NCBI GenBank assembly: GCA_024137785.1
Contig: JAHRHZ010000032.1
Location: 5,024,149 to 5,088,148, forward strand
Direction: 5' to 3'
DNA: 64,000 nucleotides
From: Ginglymostoma cirratum
Taxonomy: Eukaryota
Below are positions 37,864 through 51,620 of this stretch, piece by piece. The notes under the pieces were generated by a model that worked only from the letters and a program-made list of their open reading frames with translations, did not search any database and was not told the DNA's origin. Position 1 is the first letter of the stretch; every line of letters begins with the position of its first letter. The translations under genes were made by a program, and so were the position numbers.

Positions 37864-40800
37864 CTGTTGGAGCTGCTGGCCAATCAGATCCTTCATCTAG
37901 GAATGCAAGGCCACAAGCAGTGCATCCTTTTCTTCCACCCTGCTAAATTCTGCCCCAGGGCAGGGGTAACCTTACAGGAGGCTTGGCCTAGTGGTGTAGG
38001 GAGGAAAAGGGATGGGAGCTGCAGGGGCAATTGACTGGATGGTCCTTATGTTAGTGACAAAGAAATCCAGAAGCTGGTTTTTGGAGATAGAAAGGTAGAG
38101 GTGCCAAAAGGGGAGGGGTTTAAGACAATGACTTGCAGTTGGGAAAAGTAGTCTGGGATCATCTTTGCATTCCAATGAGGAGTTCTGGCAAAAAGGAGCA
38201 GGATCAGTGTTTCATGTGGTCTAACTCGATATGGCTATTTCAGTTCTCTACCAGTTATATGAAAAATGTCCATCACCCTTGCACTTAAGATGTGCCTGTA
38301 CTAAGGGAACTGCTGTGGTGAGGTACAATAATGGTTTTAATGGGAACCAGCACAATGAAGACTGCAAGTTAAGGACACTGCTAGTTGTAAAATGATGTAA
38401 CGAAAACAATGCAAAGTGTTGGAATTTTGTACAGCAGTGCACAAGTAGGGTAACAGATTTTTCCAGGGAAAACAGAGAAGGAAGTAGAGTTGGTACTTAG
38501 GGGGAATTAGGAAATGATTAGAGATGGCTTCATCTGTGGCACATACTTTGGAATTTGCAAGGTCACATGAGATGGTCAAACCAAGGGTGTAGTTGTGAGT
38601 GCTCTGTCTTTCTTTCATTCACCACTGGCATGTTAGCTGTTTCCCCAAAGGCAGAGTCTTCAGAGGTGAACAGTTTTGCCATTAACAGAGATCAACTTGT
38701 TCACCAGTATCTCTGTTGGAAGCAGAACCTGACTAGTCCAACAATGTGGATTGGCCATGCTAAATTTCCCATAGTGCCCAGGGATGCTTAGGTTAGATGG
38801 ATTAGACATGGGAAATGAAAGGGTAGGGGAATGGGTCTGGGTGGAGTGCTCTTCGGTGGTGGGGGTGGGGGGGATGTGGACTTCTTGGGCAGAATGGCCT
38901 GTTTCCACACTGTAGTGATTCTGTAATCTGTGATCTGAGTATATAGATTGGGTGCACTGCTGTGTTAGATCTTATATTTTGAAAGCTAAAATCTGAAAAC
39001 GCTTTCAAGGGCAGAGCTTGAATCATGGAGAATACTTCCAGTGTAACCAGCAAGACATAAATCAAAATGAAACAGAGATGGCTCGTCACACAATAGTAAA
39101 TGGAAACATATCAATACCGAACTATAGGACTGTGAATATGATACTTAGGTGACAAATCAAACAACTAGCTGTGTTGTAAATCAACTGACATTGAAACAGA
39201 GTTACATTCAAAGGAAAATGATTGAGGGTTGGAGATATCAAAAAAAAAAATAGGTTTTGGCACAGATACATTCAAGGGGGCAGATTTTAATGTAAGTAGT
39301 TCTTATGTTTGGACTTCATGGCATACACACAGTGCACAGCTAAAAACCAAGTGCAATATGGATCATGGAAATACATCCTTATGCCTGAATGGCACTCTTG
39401 GCACAAGATGCGAGGACTGGGCACTCCTCTACAGGCAGCTTGCCCAATCGAGGATATCCATTTCAGGCTATCTGCTTCACTGGTTCCCAGGTAGTCCAAC
39501 ACCGTGGTGAGAATGTATTGTTTAGAAACTATCCATTCAGTGATGTTATTACACACCTCTGCAGCAATTGGGAATTGAACCCAGGTCTCTGGGCTCAAAG
39601 GTAAGGTCATTATCACCGAAACACAAACTATTGAAGGCAGAGATACCGGTGACTTCTGCGGAGTTGTGGTGGAATTTGGAAGTCACATGCTACTCTGAGG
39701 GCTCCATTGGGACACTTTAAGAAAGAACATCAACTTACTTTATCTTCAGCGATCCTGAGGCAAAGACCAAAAGGCAAATGGCACAGATGTAACATCAGCC
39801 CTGGCTTTGCCAAAATACTTTATGATGAGCCCTTGGAAAAATGGGCACAATGTACAAGAGAATTTCCACTTCAAAGTCTTTTAGAGGGAGAATAAAAAAA
39901 TGAACATGATGAATAATCTATGACAATATGGTCAAGATGACAATTATAGAAATAAGCAATGACACAGTGATGGACCACTGCATCAATATTACATAAATTC
40001 ATTATCTTCATATTGTTCCATCTACCAACACCATGTTCTCCTTCTCAGACACGCAATGTAATCAATTTTTCTTTAATCCTTTGATTTCTCCATATCAAGT
40101 CATTGGCATGAAGAGTGGACAATAGGTGCTCTTATAAATCATGATAATACTTCTGTCCCTAAAGATGAAAATTCAAGACACTGTATTGTAATTGGGAACT
40201 TCTCAACCACTGTCAAACTAGACCGGGGAATATGCCTCAAATATTCCCCATTGGGGCCTTTGTGACAGTGAAAAATATCCCTGGGGAGAAATGTGAACCA
40301 TGTTCAACATCACTGAATTCCACAACTAAACTGTCTATCCGGATAGCCACTTAGTGTGAATCTGAAGAACTAATGTCTTACAACTAAAAACTCAGGTTCA
40401 ATATTTGTTTGGCAGGAGAGTGCTGATGTGAAGTGAAATAAACTGTGCTGGGTGCGCACAAATATAGCGCTACTGTAAATACTTGCCTGATCATGATGCA
40501 GAACTGAACACGTCTAGTGCTTTCTGAATTTCATGTCCATAATATTTTAAACATGTTTGTCAAGTTAAAAACCTCACTGTCAAATGTGTTTGTATTCCCA
40601 CAGATTTCATCAATTTAGAACTGTGAATAAATGAGAAACATTTCTATCCTTAAACAGGGTCAGAGGTCAAAAGAATTGCAGGCTACCGCAGATTAATTCT
40701 CGTTTAAAATCAGGGCACATTCTGATATTATCACCCTCTGGCTTTATGTTTCTCTTACAGTTGACAACAAACTGCAATTTGTGACAAAATAAAATCTATA

Positions 40801-40869
40801 TCCATAACTCTAAAGGTCTACAAATGACCTATTCCTTTTGCTTTTTACTTGATATTTGGAAGCACACAC

Positions 40870-41115
40870 TGATTGATAATCTTTAATTGTTTTATTTATA
40901 AGAGTATCAGTCCAGAAAATTGAATAAAGAATTCTTGATACCCTGGTAAGCAAGAGACAGAGGGAACCTTGGCCTGACATCCCACCTGAGAAAAAATACT
41001 TTTGACAGTACAGCACTTCTGCAATATTATGCCCAAGTGTCAACTTTGATTATACAACTGCTAATTAAAAACACAACCTTCTGGCTCAGAGGCAGGAGTG
41101 TTATCAATTGAATCT
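40870..41115 (-). mobile_element. Decayed DeuSINE (SacSINE1/AmnSINE1-like)
   Basis: Minus strand ..gcagaagtgctgtactgtcaaaagt..ctcaggtgggatgtcaggccaaggttccctctgtctc resembles the Deu domain, preceded by a tRNA-like head. Confidence 0.5.
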
Positions 41116-41624
41116 ATTTCTACAGTTACAGTGAGTAATCAAACAGAATGTACTCATTTCCTAAAAAAATACAAACAAGACACCAATACATTTGACAGAA
41201 ATTATTGAACTCTAAACACAAAAATTGATGAACTCAAAGCCACCCTCATTTTTAATCTTCCTGCCAATTGCATGTTGTAGTGAAACAGACCTTCTAGTCA
41301 GTTGGAAGGGAGGACAAGAGTGATAGACATGTAGGTTCTGTCATTCAATCATACTGACACTGAAATATTTAATAGGTACAACATGTGGCATATTCCCTTC
41401 AAGGTGCTCCTTCCACAGATCCTGAAAGCTGTTCACATCTCCCTAGGGCTTACATTATCTGAAAACCAGCAGAATATGATTACATGATGAAAATAAGAAC
41501 TCAAAATGAGGATGATAATGCGGAGCAGGAATAGTTTGCTGAGGGGCTGGTATTTTCATTTATATTTCCCAACTGACTTCAGGTGGACGTCAATGAAGGG
41601 GGACATAAATGAGGCCTCACATTT

Positions 41625-41683
41625 CAGGGAGAAAGGACAGATCACCAACCACTCCAGGGAGAAAGGACAGATCACCAACCACT
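41625..41683 (+). repeat. 30-bp tandem duplication
   Basis: CAGGGAGAAAGGACAGATCACCAACCACT(C) occurs twice, with 29 nt identical. Confidence 0.95.
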
Positions 41684-42906
41684 TCAGCCCGAGTTCTCAT
41701 CCAGAGTTAAAATCGAAGCTTCAATGTTTTAGTACTGGGTCACATAGTTGCCTATATTCATTTGATGACTTGATAATATAGCTTCCAACATTCTTATGAT
41801 ACGTTTAACTCTGAGGCATTCCAACTTAAAAGTAAAGGACTGTTCAGTGTGATAAAGTCGAAAAATTTCACTTCACATCAAAACATGCTTAGCATGTATT
41901 TACTTTTAAATTCAGAAAACATTTATACACGCTGTTACACTATCATGGTTAGAGAGGTTAAACAAACGGAGTCATGTTGGAAATAAGGATCTATAAGTCA
42001 ACAATACCAATGATGGATTTGCTCATCTGCTGCATGGTGAACCCTCAAAACAACATTTTTATTAACAAAAGACAAGTTATTTGAGTGGTAGCTTTCCCGC
42101 ATCCGCAAACTAAGAAAAGGTGTGATTTTACAACAGTTGTCTTGTTTAATGAAATGCACAAGCTCCGAATACAACAGGCAAAGTAACTTTTGATATCACT
42201 TTGAACAGCTGTATGACAGCTGCTGCATGAAAATGACTTCGTACTGTGTCTCCCTTACACTGTAAGATACAGTGAACCAGAGCTGACATCCATCCAACAT
42301 CAATTTTATAATTAGGCTCTCTTATTAGTGAAAAGGGAAGACAGATAAAAAGCTTGCAGCCTACCCAAATGGCAAGGAGCTCCCCAGAGAACAAATTCAT
42401 GGGAGTTCTTATTAGCAGCAGAGATCTAATCTGGAAACAAAACCATTACTTGTATGAAATAATAAGATGCAAATTGTTGGACAGCTTTCAAAATATTTAT
42501 TAACACATCATCTCAGTGTGAATTTTTATTGAATATTGTTTTAAGCTTAAAAAAAAGGTCACATCTGAACTTATGGATTACATATGTTAATAAGATATCT
42601 GCATCATACATTTTCATTTAAATCGTAAATGTCTAGGCCAGGGCACAGACATTTTTAAAATTAAATCCACATCAAGGAGCTTGAGACTCACTCAGTGTAT
42701 ACAGTGCAAATCTATATTTCTGTATCTAGTTCAGAAATTCTCTTTCGTTGATGTAATATTTGATAGTATGTTGCTCACAATGTTCCACAAAGGGAAACTG
42801 TCCTGCACAATCCCAAACCACTTTATAGCCAATGAGTTATTATTGAAGTGAAGTTAATTACAGAAAGGTGGCAGCCAATTTGTGCCAGCAAAGTGCAAGC
42901 AATACC

Positions 42907-43120
42907 TCTCTGCCTCCTCTCCACCTATCCTCTCCTCTATCCATCCTCTATCCGCCTCCCCCTCTCTCCCTATTTCTCTCAGAACCCTCTTCCCCTCCCC
43001 CATTTCTGATGAAACGTCAAGCTTTCCTGCTCCTATGATGCTGCTTGGCCTGCTGTGTTCATCCAGCCCCACACCTTGTTATCTCGGATTCTCTAGCATC
43101 TGCAGAATCTTTTATCTCTA
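42907..43120 (+). mobile_element. Penelope-like pLTR fragment with stem II of the hammerhead deleted
   Basis: Same family as 29864-30111; the core reads ctgatgaaacgtc. Confidence 0.8.
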
Positions 43121-44287
43121 TTAGATAAAATACCCAGGTTTTGCAACATTGATTAAGGGATAAATATTGGGCAGGACATAAAAGGGAATACCTTGGCTCT
43201 TTCTGATTTAGAAGTGAGAGAGCTGGCTTCAGTAGCTATTAGCAACATTTTAGTTCATTTTGAAAAGCCAAATCGTATCATGATTACAAAACAAGCAAGA
43301 ACAGATAACTGTCAATCTCGGTTCTCATGTCAGGCTGATAGACTGATTAGTCAGGCGTTCTCATGGGAATGCAGAGATTCAAATCTTCATAACACCCTTT
43401 TTCTAGTAAAATTGGGCCCCATCTATCAATCTACCTAGTTTCTAGCACATGTAAATGCATTGCACTGACTGACAATCTTAAATTGGTTTCTGGTGTAAAT
43501 ATTAGCAAAGACTGAATGGTTTAATTAATGATTTCCAATAGCAGAATCACAACTAATGGTGAACATATTGTTCTGAGGCTTGCAAGCTATGGGCTGGTTG
43601 AGCACAATGCCTGTTATAAACTGTCAATGCGATGGGTTGTTTTCTCTTGCTGCATTGCCATGCCATTGATGGCCCAACAAATTAGCATCCTCTTCTTACG
43701 CTGGATAAGTTGGCTTCCTTTTTTTTTTCAAAAGTCTATTTCTTGCAAGCTAGTCCTGATGAGTACAAGAACAAAAGCTTCAATATTTCCTCTCCTTTTA
43801 GCAAAGCTTGAATTTTCCTTGATCTGAGTAAAGTGAGTTGTATGGAGTGGCACCCACAATCTGTACCGTGTTTTAACCTCAGTCCATCTTCCTGGGTTAT
43901 GAATCATACTATAACAATAGCTCATGGAGAAACTGTTACCAACAGCATCACCACTACTGCTACCATTCCCAGAGCTCATTGCCCACTTCCCAGAACAGTA
44001 GTGAACATAGGCCTACCAAGGTAGTTGTTCGGGGAAAATCGGAGTTAAAAAAAAAACTTCAAAGCATCTCCCTCTCTTCCTTTCCATTTCAATTTTCACA
44101 TCATGGTCGGCTGGCCACCCAGCACGTAGCCCATTACTTGGTTTCACTCTGTTATCCCAAAAGCAGGGTAGACAGGAGAAAATGTTGGGCCCGACTAGCA
44201 TTTGTATGTTACAGCATGTTAAATGGTTTAGCACTAAAGTCCATTTAGCCCGACACATCCATACAGAACCTTACTGTTAACCCAACC

Positions 44288-44513
44288 TGAAGTAACTCCA
44301 CAGAGGCCAGTATCCCATCACCAAGTCACCCTTTATTTACACGTGCATAGTACATGACACTGACCAGTTGGCTCAGAGCCAGCTCTCAGGATAAACAAAA
44401 CCTCTGACACTCTTGTTTGTATCTTTCAGCTAGGGCTCCCTGATTGGACTAGGTTAGCAGCCTCAATCATGGAACTGATATTCTATGAGATCCCCTTGGC
44501 TGACCTTGTTCCA
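44288..44513 (-). mobile_element. Solo LTR (Gypsy-like) with 4-bp TSD
   Basis: TG...CA ends, with AACC on both sides (44284-44287 and 44514-44517). Homolog of 20187-20410. Confidence 0.8.
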
Positions 44514-45534
44514 ACCACTGTACCACTACTGCAATCTAATTCATATCAGATGCTGCACACAGTCAGCAATTAATCCAAAACCATGTGCCACATCCTCTGC
44601 CAATTACATACCCCTAGATGTTTCTCAAATAAACATGCCCTCTTTCTCTTCTAATTAGATATCATTATTTGCATGGATGCAAAAGGGTCCCGAATCAAAA
44701 CATCAACTTTCCTTCTCCTCTGATGCTGCCTGGCCTGCTGTGTTTCTCCAGCTCCACACTGTGTTATTTCTGCATTTGTTCTTGGTTCCAATAAAGAGAT
44801 GAACATAACCAAAAAAAAAAGACACCCAGCTGGATTTTCCACTGCAAACTAATGTATGTCAGGCAGCCAGAATGGAAATTCCATTCTTGTGGAGTCTCAG
44901 GATTGTTATGAGTGGGAGGTTTTTCATAAGATGGAAATGTTTTGAAATGTCTCTTTTATCTCAAGGTAAAATTGAACATGTGAACTGGTACTAGTTTGCT
45001 CGACTATATACCTCTGTGACCTGGTTACCATGGGAACAGGGCTTCTCGGTCAAGCCTTTTTGAAGTCAGGTGCCGAGTTTAACACCTGAACACAAAGGTC
45101 AGAGCAGCTGACTTTATCAAGGATGGATTTACAGTCAGTCAGATTCAGAGATGCAGGAGGGATAGAAAGAAAGAAAGGGAAATGCTGCTGTGCACATGAA
45201 AAGCAGTGATAATATGGTTGGGACAGTGGAATGCCAAAGAGAATGGACTCCCATTTGAAGGGATAAACCCTACAGAAATCTAAAGACTGAGAAGTCATTG
45301 GTGGGTGCCACCTTGCTGGAAGTCAATTCAGTTGTGCTCAGGGGGATTGACTGACGGTACTTTCAGAAGAACTCTGGTGCAATAGTCAAGTGGAGAGAAG
45401 ACTGCCTGTGGAACCACCAGGAGGGAGTCAGGACTATAGAGATAAGAGTATATCAGTGCTTAGAATGTGGCATAATGTACAAATGTGGCACAGAGTCATT
45501 CATAATTTTCAATAACTTATAAGGGATTTCTTTT

Positions 45535-45712
45535 CAAAACTGAAATTGCTGGAAAAGCTCAGCAGTCTAGCAGCATCTGTGGAGAAAAATCAGAGTAATG
45601 TTTTTGGTCGAGTGACCCTTGCTCTGAACTTGACCTGAAACATCAATTCTGATTTCTCTCCACAGATGCTGCCAGACCTGCTGAGCTTTCCCAGCAATTT
45701 ATATTTTGTTTT
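45535..45712. mobile_element. Penelope-terminus fold-back
   Basis: aaattgctggaaaagctcagcag.tctagcagcatctgtggagaaaaatcagag is mirrored by ttctgatttctctccacagatgctgccagacctgctgagctttcccagcaattt. Confidence 0.8.
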
Positions 45713-46409
45713 TTCAGTTTTTATTTTGGGATATCTTTTCTATAGCTGAGAATATTAGTTGCTTACTGAGTAATGTTTAATGAATATGATTTAATTGTTT
45801 GTTCCAGTACAAGTTTTAATATGTGAAATCTCTTGTGGCTCCTTTACATTAGTCACAAGGTTTTCAAATCTCTTTTTTAAAAATGATCAACTTCAGTAGG
45901 GATCAAAATAGCGTTAACATGTCAATTCCAGACTGTTTCAGTGGTGCTGTAAAAGTGGCGTATCAGGGATAATCAACACCTATTCACCTTGATTGGCTTC
46001 ACCTACCAAGATGCCAAAATCTGAAAGTATTTGCACACATAGCTGGCAGTGACCATGGGCAACTTCTCTCAAACCCAGGAGAACAGCAAGGTAAATATGC
46101 CGTCTGCTACATGGATAACTGCAACCACCAGAAAGCATGCAGTTGGCACATTCAGTGGTAGTAGCTGTCAGTTATGGCCTCAAACCTGGCTCCATCTCCT
46201 TGTAAACACACAGAGATGTCAAATCAGTGTGAATGGTGCTATGGACTGGCACAGAGACCCATAGTCCAAGCAAACAAATTTATGTAGCATCAATGCTACC
46301 CGAATAGCATAAAACAGATTAAAGCTGTTCTCTCATTTGCCACATTCATTTTAGTCAACTTCCCCTAATGAAACCAGTTAAGAAAGAAAGACTTGTACTT
46401 AAAAAAAAC

Positions 46410-47740
46410 ACTGAAAACAAAATATATTGGAGATCACAGTGGGTCAGACAGCATCCTTAAAAATGAGATGGAGCAAGCTAATGTTTTGAGTCTAGATGAC
46501 TCTTCACCACAGCTGATGTGAAGTGTGGAGGGGGCATCATTTATGCAATAGTGAGGGGGTGGAATGCTGGGGCAGAAAGGCTGCTGATAGTGCAGATTAA
46601 GTGATTAAGTATTCAGATGATGCCACCTTCCAAAACAGTGCTGCTGACATGGATTCTTTCTTCCAGAACCATGGTTTCCTACCCAGTGTGGTTGACAGGG
46701 CCTTCAACCGCATCCAACCTATCACTCGTGCTTCTGTCCTTGCCCCTTCCCATCACTCACAACAGTGTGATCTGTTCCCATTTGTCTTCACTTCTCATCA
46801 CATCAGCCTCCGCATTCAAATGATCATTCTCCGCCATTTCAGACAGCTCTGGCAGAATGCCACCAAATACATCTTCCCCTCACTCCCCTTGTCTGCATTT
46901 TGAAGGGATCATTTCCTCCAGGACACGCTAGCCTATTCCTCAACCACCAATACCACCCTCTTCCCATGTAACCTCAGAAGATGCAACACCTGCCCCTTCA
47001 CCTTCTCCCTGCTCACCATCCAAGGGCCTAAACAGTCTGTCCAGGTGAAGCGGCATTTCAACTGTATGTCCTCGAATCTTGTGTATTGTAGTTGCTGCAC
47101 CCAATGTCGCCTCCTCTACTTTGGAAAAACCAAATGCAGACTGGGTGACCGCTTTGCAGAACACTTCCGGTCCATGCACAAGCATGACTCCAATCTCCCC
47201 TCAGCTGGTCATTTTAACACCGCATTCTGCTCGCATACCCACATGTCTGTTCTCGGCATGCTGCAATGGTCCAGCAAATCACAGCGAAAACAGGATGAGC
47301 TCCATCTTATCTTCAGACTAGTCACTTTACAACCTTCTGGGCTCAATACTGAGTTCAACACCTTCAGCTTGTGAATTCACTCCCCATTTCTTCCCTTTCT
47401 TTTTGCTTTACTTGTTGCATTCCCTGCCACAACATCCTCTCTGCCCTCCCAACTCCAGTGGGACTTCCTGTTCTTTCCAGTTTGACAGTTAAACACGCTG
47501 TTGTTCTGCCATTCTCATATTCCAATCGCTTAATCTGCTCTGTCAACACCCTTCCTCCCCCAGCACTCCACTCCCTGCCCCCACTATTGCATAAATGCTG
47601 TCCCCTCCACACTTCATGTCAGCTCTGAAGAAGAGTCATCTGGACTCAAAACATTGGCTTGCTCTCTCTCCATGGATGCTGCCTGAACTGCTGTGATTTC
47701 CAGCATTTTCAGTACAGATTCTAGCATCTGCAGTAATTTG
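46410..47740 (+). mobile_element. 5'-truncated Penelope-like element with GIY-YIG endonuclease remnant and inverted 5' pLTR
   Basis: ORF 47045-47374 reads FNCMSSNLVYCSCCTQCRLLYFGKTKCRLGDRFAEH..HFN..LIFRLVTLQPSGLNTEF, a PLE-type GIY-YIG with Cys/His motif. An upstream CNLRRCNTC linker suggests the Neptune group. 46410-46606 is the reverse complement of ~47524-47710. Confidence 0.9.
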
Positions 47741-48292
47741 CTCCTACTTATAAACGAACCTTTCATAGACCCCAGAATGTCTCAAAGCTTTTTACTGTCA
47801 ATGAAGTGCATATTTGTTTTGCTCAACAACATTTTTGTGAGGTGCCTTGGAAGGTTTTATAACCTTAAAATAAACTGTATGAATGCAAATAATTGTTATT
47901 GAAGTTTGCCATTGTTGTAATCTATGTTAATATGTTGAGATAGCTTCTCAAACTTATCCGGAGGGCTTCAAAATCATAATTATCCTTTAGGCTTTAAACT
48001 TTTATCTGCATGCAATATTTTACCTTTCAGCTCTAAACTGTGGCAGGCAACTGAACAAGATGCATGACTCACAGCTGACTGATTAAACCAAAATTTAAAA
48101 CATGCAAGAATATCGTATTTTTATTTGCATGGATTTTGCCAGCTTTCCCCTACTAAAATAGACAAAATGTATAATATCATACAAAACAGTGCTCTTTCTG
48201 AAGAGAACAGGAAAGAAAAGGTAACCTTCATGTTGTCCAGTTCACTCTAATCATGTCCCTTACACCACAGCCAGAGCCCACGGTGATGATGC

Positions 48293-48889
48293 TGTCACGG
48301 TTTTTTATGAAGAGTAGTTGTAAGGCAGTGGTTAAGATTTGGCTACCGAAGACGACTTAGGTAAACAACTTGTGAGGCCTTAGTTTTTCTTAAAGTTGCG
48401 ACAATGGAAGCAGCCTGGCTATGGCCAACTCTCACAGACCAGGCTTTCTAGTTTTTTTTAAACTTAAAGCAGCAGAAGCCTTTGGGGTCTCAAAAGAGTT
48501 CGAAGCTTCAGTGATTCTTAGCTGCTATTCTCTCTGAACCTTCTCTTGACGCTTTTCCCTCCTCGATTAGAGAACTGCATGTAAGAACCTGTATCTGAAC
48601 TTGCCTTTTTTGCCCAGGAGTGTGTTTATGGGATGTATTGGAACAGTTCATTAGTAATAGGTACTCTGTTATTTGGTTAAGTTTTCCAATAGTTAAGCTA
48701 TTCTGAATTTCTCTTTCTTTTGTTTGCATTTTAACTACAGTGTTTAAATAAATTGTGTTTTGCTTAATGTCGAGTAGTCTGACCAGTTGCGTCACATCTG
48801 GAACACATTTCACATCTATCTTCAAAATAAGAAAAAGTCTATGCTACCTTCTTAAAATATGTTGAGGGGGTCTGGCATGGTCCATATCA
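48293..48889 (+). mobile_element. Probable solo LTR
   Basis: Runs TGTCACG...tccatatCA, ~600 bp, with AATAAA near 48747. No clean TSD. Confidence 0.55.
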
Positions 48890-50599
48890 CCATACCCTAG
48901 TGTTCAAAATATGATTTGTACTTCAGGTAAATGACAGTGTGGGTAACAAACAAATGGTTTTCTACACCATCCAATTTGCATCACTGAAATTTGGATGACG
49001 AGTAATCTCCTTTTCCACAGTCTAGTTCTTTATAAATCCGATGGATTCACATCCATAAAGCAATGAAGCAAATCATCAAATGACCTAGTTGTTTCAAAGC
49101 AGGCAGACATTTGGTGGGTGTCAAGCTGTGGATTAATTTTAGCTCAAACAACAGTCAGAAAAGCCATTAAAATACACACACAAGCTTCAAGGTATCAAAT
49201 TAATTTGCATATACATATGTCTTTAAAAGTAGTGAAGGTTTATTCAATACATTTCCTTCCACTCTCATCAGCTTCACATCAAGTCGTTCTTTTTGCATGG
49301 TAGCTATTTCCAGCCCTGATGTCTTCATTTTTAGCCAAATTAATGTGCAATGAATAATGAGCATCTTGGGATAATGGGTATTCTATTTACACTGATATCT
49401 GTGACATCACTTATGTGTTTCAGCAATCTGAAAATTAGTGACATAATTGACAAATGATAGACATTTGATAATAGAATGTGATTATTCTCAAAGATTTTGA
49501 TCTTGAATGACCTTGGATTCCTTCACTTCTTTTTGATTCACATCATTGCTCAGATTGAGTCACAGTCACCAAAGTCAGCTGGATTGATAGTACGCAGGTC
49601 ATATCTTGAAATAAACAGAGTGATGTTGATGTGCGGGAACAGTCCAGAAATTTAGGCTAATATTCTAAGAGAGTAGAGCGTTTTTTACTCTGTATCTAAA
49701 CCCATGCTGTAACTATCCTAGTTCTGTTTGATAGGAACAGTGCACAGGGAATTTCACCTTCAGTTTAAAAGATCAGAAGGAATTAATGTATTTGTGTGGA
49801 AAAGTGCCAATGGAAGGAAAGTAAATGCTTGAACTGTAAAAGTTAACCAAAATCCCTCAGAATCTAGAAAGGGGAAGAGGAAAATATTTTGTGGGAAGTT
49901 AAAGCTATATTAATGAAATTCACTAAATCAGAATGCAAGGAACTCCAAAACAATCATCAATGTGATGAAAAAGATCAATAAAATCAGTACTAGGACCTCA
50001 GTTAGACTGAAATAGAGTGTGTTCAACATATGAACGCAAGCATTGCTAAGACTATACAAGTCCTTATATTGTTTGAGAATACTTTCATGTAAATGAAGCA
50101 GCACCCCCCCATCACAAATTATAAGATTTCATTGATGCTGTCAAGACTGCATTTCATTTATATCAGAAAATGGTGGCAGCGGGTAATTCCAGTAATAAAA
50201 GCAAACTAATTTATGAAGTCCTTGACCCTGAGTAATCTTAGATGCTGAGAAATATTCATCATCTGAGAGTGCTATTTAAATAGTTCTTCTTTTATTAAAG
50301 CTCTGGTGCTGTGTTGTTTGACTTTGTGCTGCTTCGTTAATTCAGGCTATACCGGACAGAAAACAAAAATCAAGATTCATAACTTGCAAGTTTCATTGCT
50401 TCAGAATTATGCTCCATTCAATGGTTACTTGAGTTACTTAAGTACAGAGCAGCTGAATTCCTTTTCATGTTTCTGGGTAACATTTTTTAACAAACCAATT
50501 TATTGTGGTACAGCCATTGAGCAAGAAGGTCCATTATTTAATCCGCTCGTTTTGCAGAATTATTTGATCTTAGATAAACTGCCAGGAGAGGCACAATAT

Positions 50600-51020
50600 T
50601 TCATAGAATCATATAATTCAGAAGAGGCCCATTAACTCATGGAGCCTTATTGCTTAAGATACACAATCCACACTGGTCCACTTTTCCAGCACTTGGTCCA
50701 TAGCCTTGACTGTTATGAAACTTCTAGTGCTCATCAAACTACTTTTTACAGGTTGTGAGGTTTCCCACCACAACTACCTTTGCAAGCAGTGCATTCCAGA
50801 GCCACACCAACTTCTGTGTAAAAACATTTTTCGTCACAGCCTCCTCAAACTTCTTGCATTTCCACGTAAAGTTATGCCCTTTGTTATTGACCCTTTCACC
50901 AAGGCAACTGGCTGCTTGTTATCCTATTGTCCATGCCCCCCATAATCTAATATACTTCTACCAGGTCACTCCTCAGCCTTCTCTGCCTCCATAATAAAAC
51001 AGCATGCGCTTATGCAGCCT
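50600..51020 (-). mobile_element. Old CR1 3' fragment
   Basis: Tail catagaatcata and a CR1-like body (caagcagtgcattccaga..ttctgtgtaaaa). Confidence 0.6.
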
Positions 51021-51620
51021 CTGATCTTATTTGCTGCGGTACTGTTGTTATCAACAGTCTTATCTACTGCTAAGCAACCAACAGATTTTTATGCAGTCTC
51101 ATGGCTTTACTGCCATGACTAAACATAACAATGTATTATAAGTAAAGGTATTATAAGTAAATCAAACCATTTGTAGTTTGCCTAATAACACCACTCTAAT
51201 GTTGTACAATTTAAAATATTCTCTTGATATTCGACCCTCGTTTTGAAAGGCAAAAATCTGTAACTATTTTGCTGGCTATTAAGTGATCACAAGATGAAAT
51301 TTCCAAATACCCTTCATTCAATCGAGAACACTGCCTGGGCAAAGGCTCCACTAACTCTTGAACTGCCCTTTTGGCTCAAATTTGGAGACTGCAAATTCAT
51401 TCCTAAAATAAAGGACATTCCAGTGCATTTTATGTCATACATTGTTGCTAGTGTCACCACCCTTTAGAAATAATGAAGTTCAGGTACAAACAATTCAGCC
51501 CCTAACAATAGTGATCTCAATTAAATAATCACGTAGACTAATAAGGTAAACTGTCCTAATACAATTGGGGGAAATGATCTGCTTTGATAATCCTGATGGT
51601 GATAATGAAATTGAGCACAC

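Noticed and set aside
41625-41683. 30-bp direct repeat as a CRISPR-like or TSD signal
   Set aside because: The two units are adjacent with no spacer and the context is eukaryotic; it is a simple tandem duplication.
44904-45919. Possible ~1-kb solo LTR (TGTTATG...TAACA) containing an RFX-like motif GTTACCATGGGAAC
   Set aside because: No TSD or second copy in the window, the boundaries are unsupported, and the motif alone is not evidence of function.
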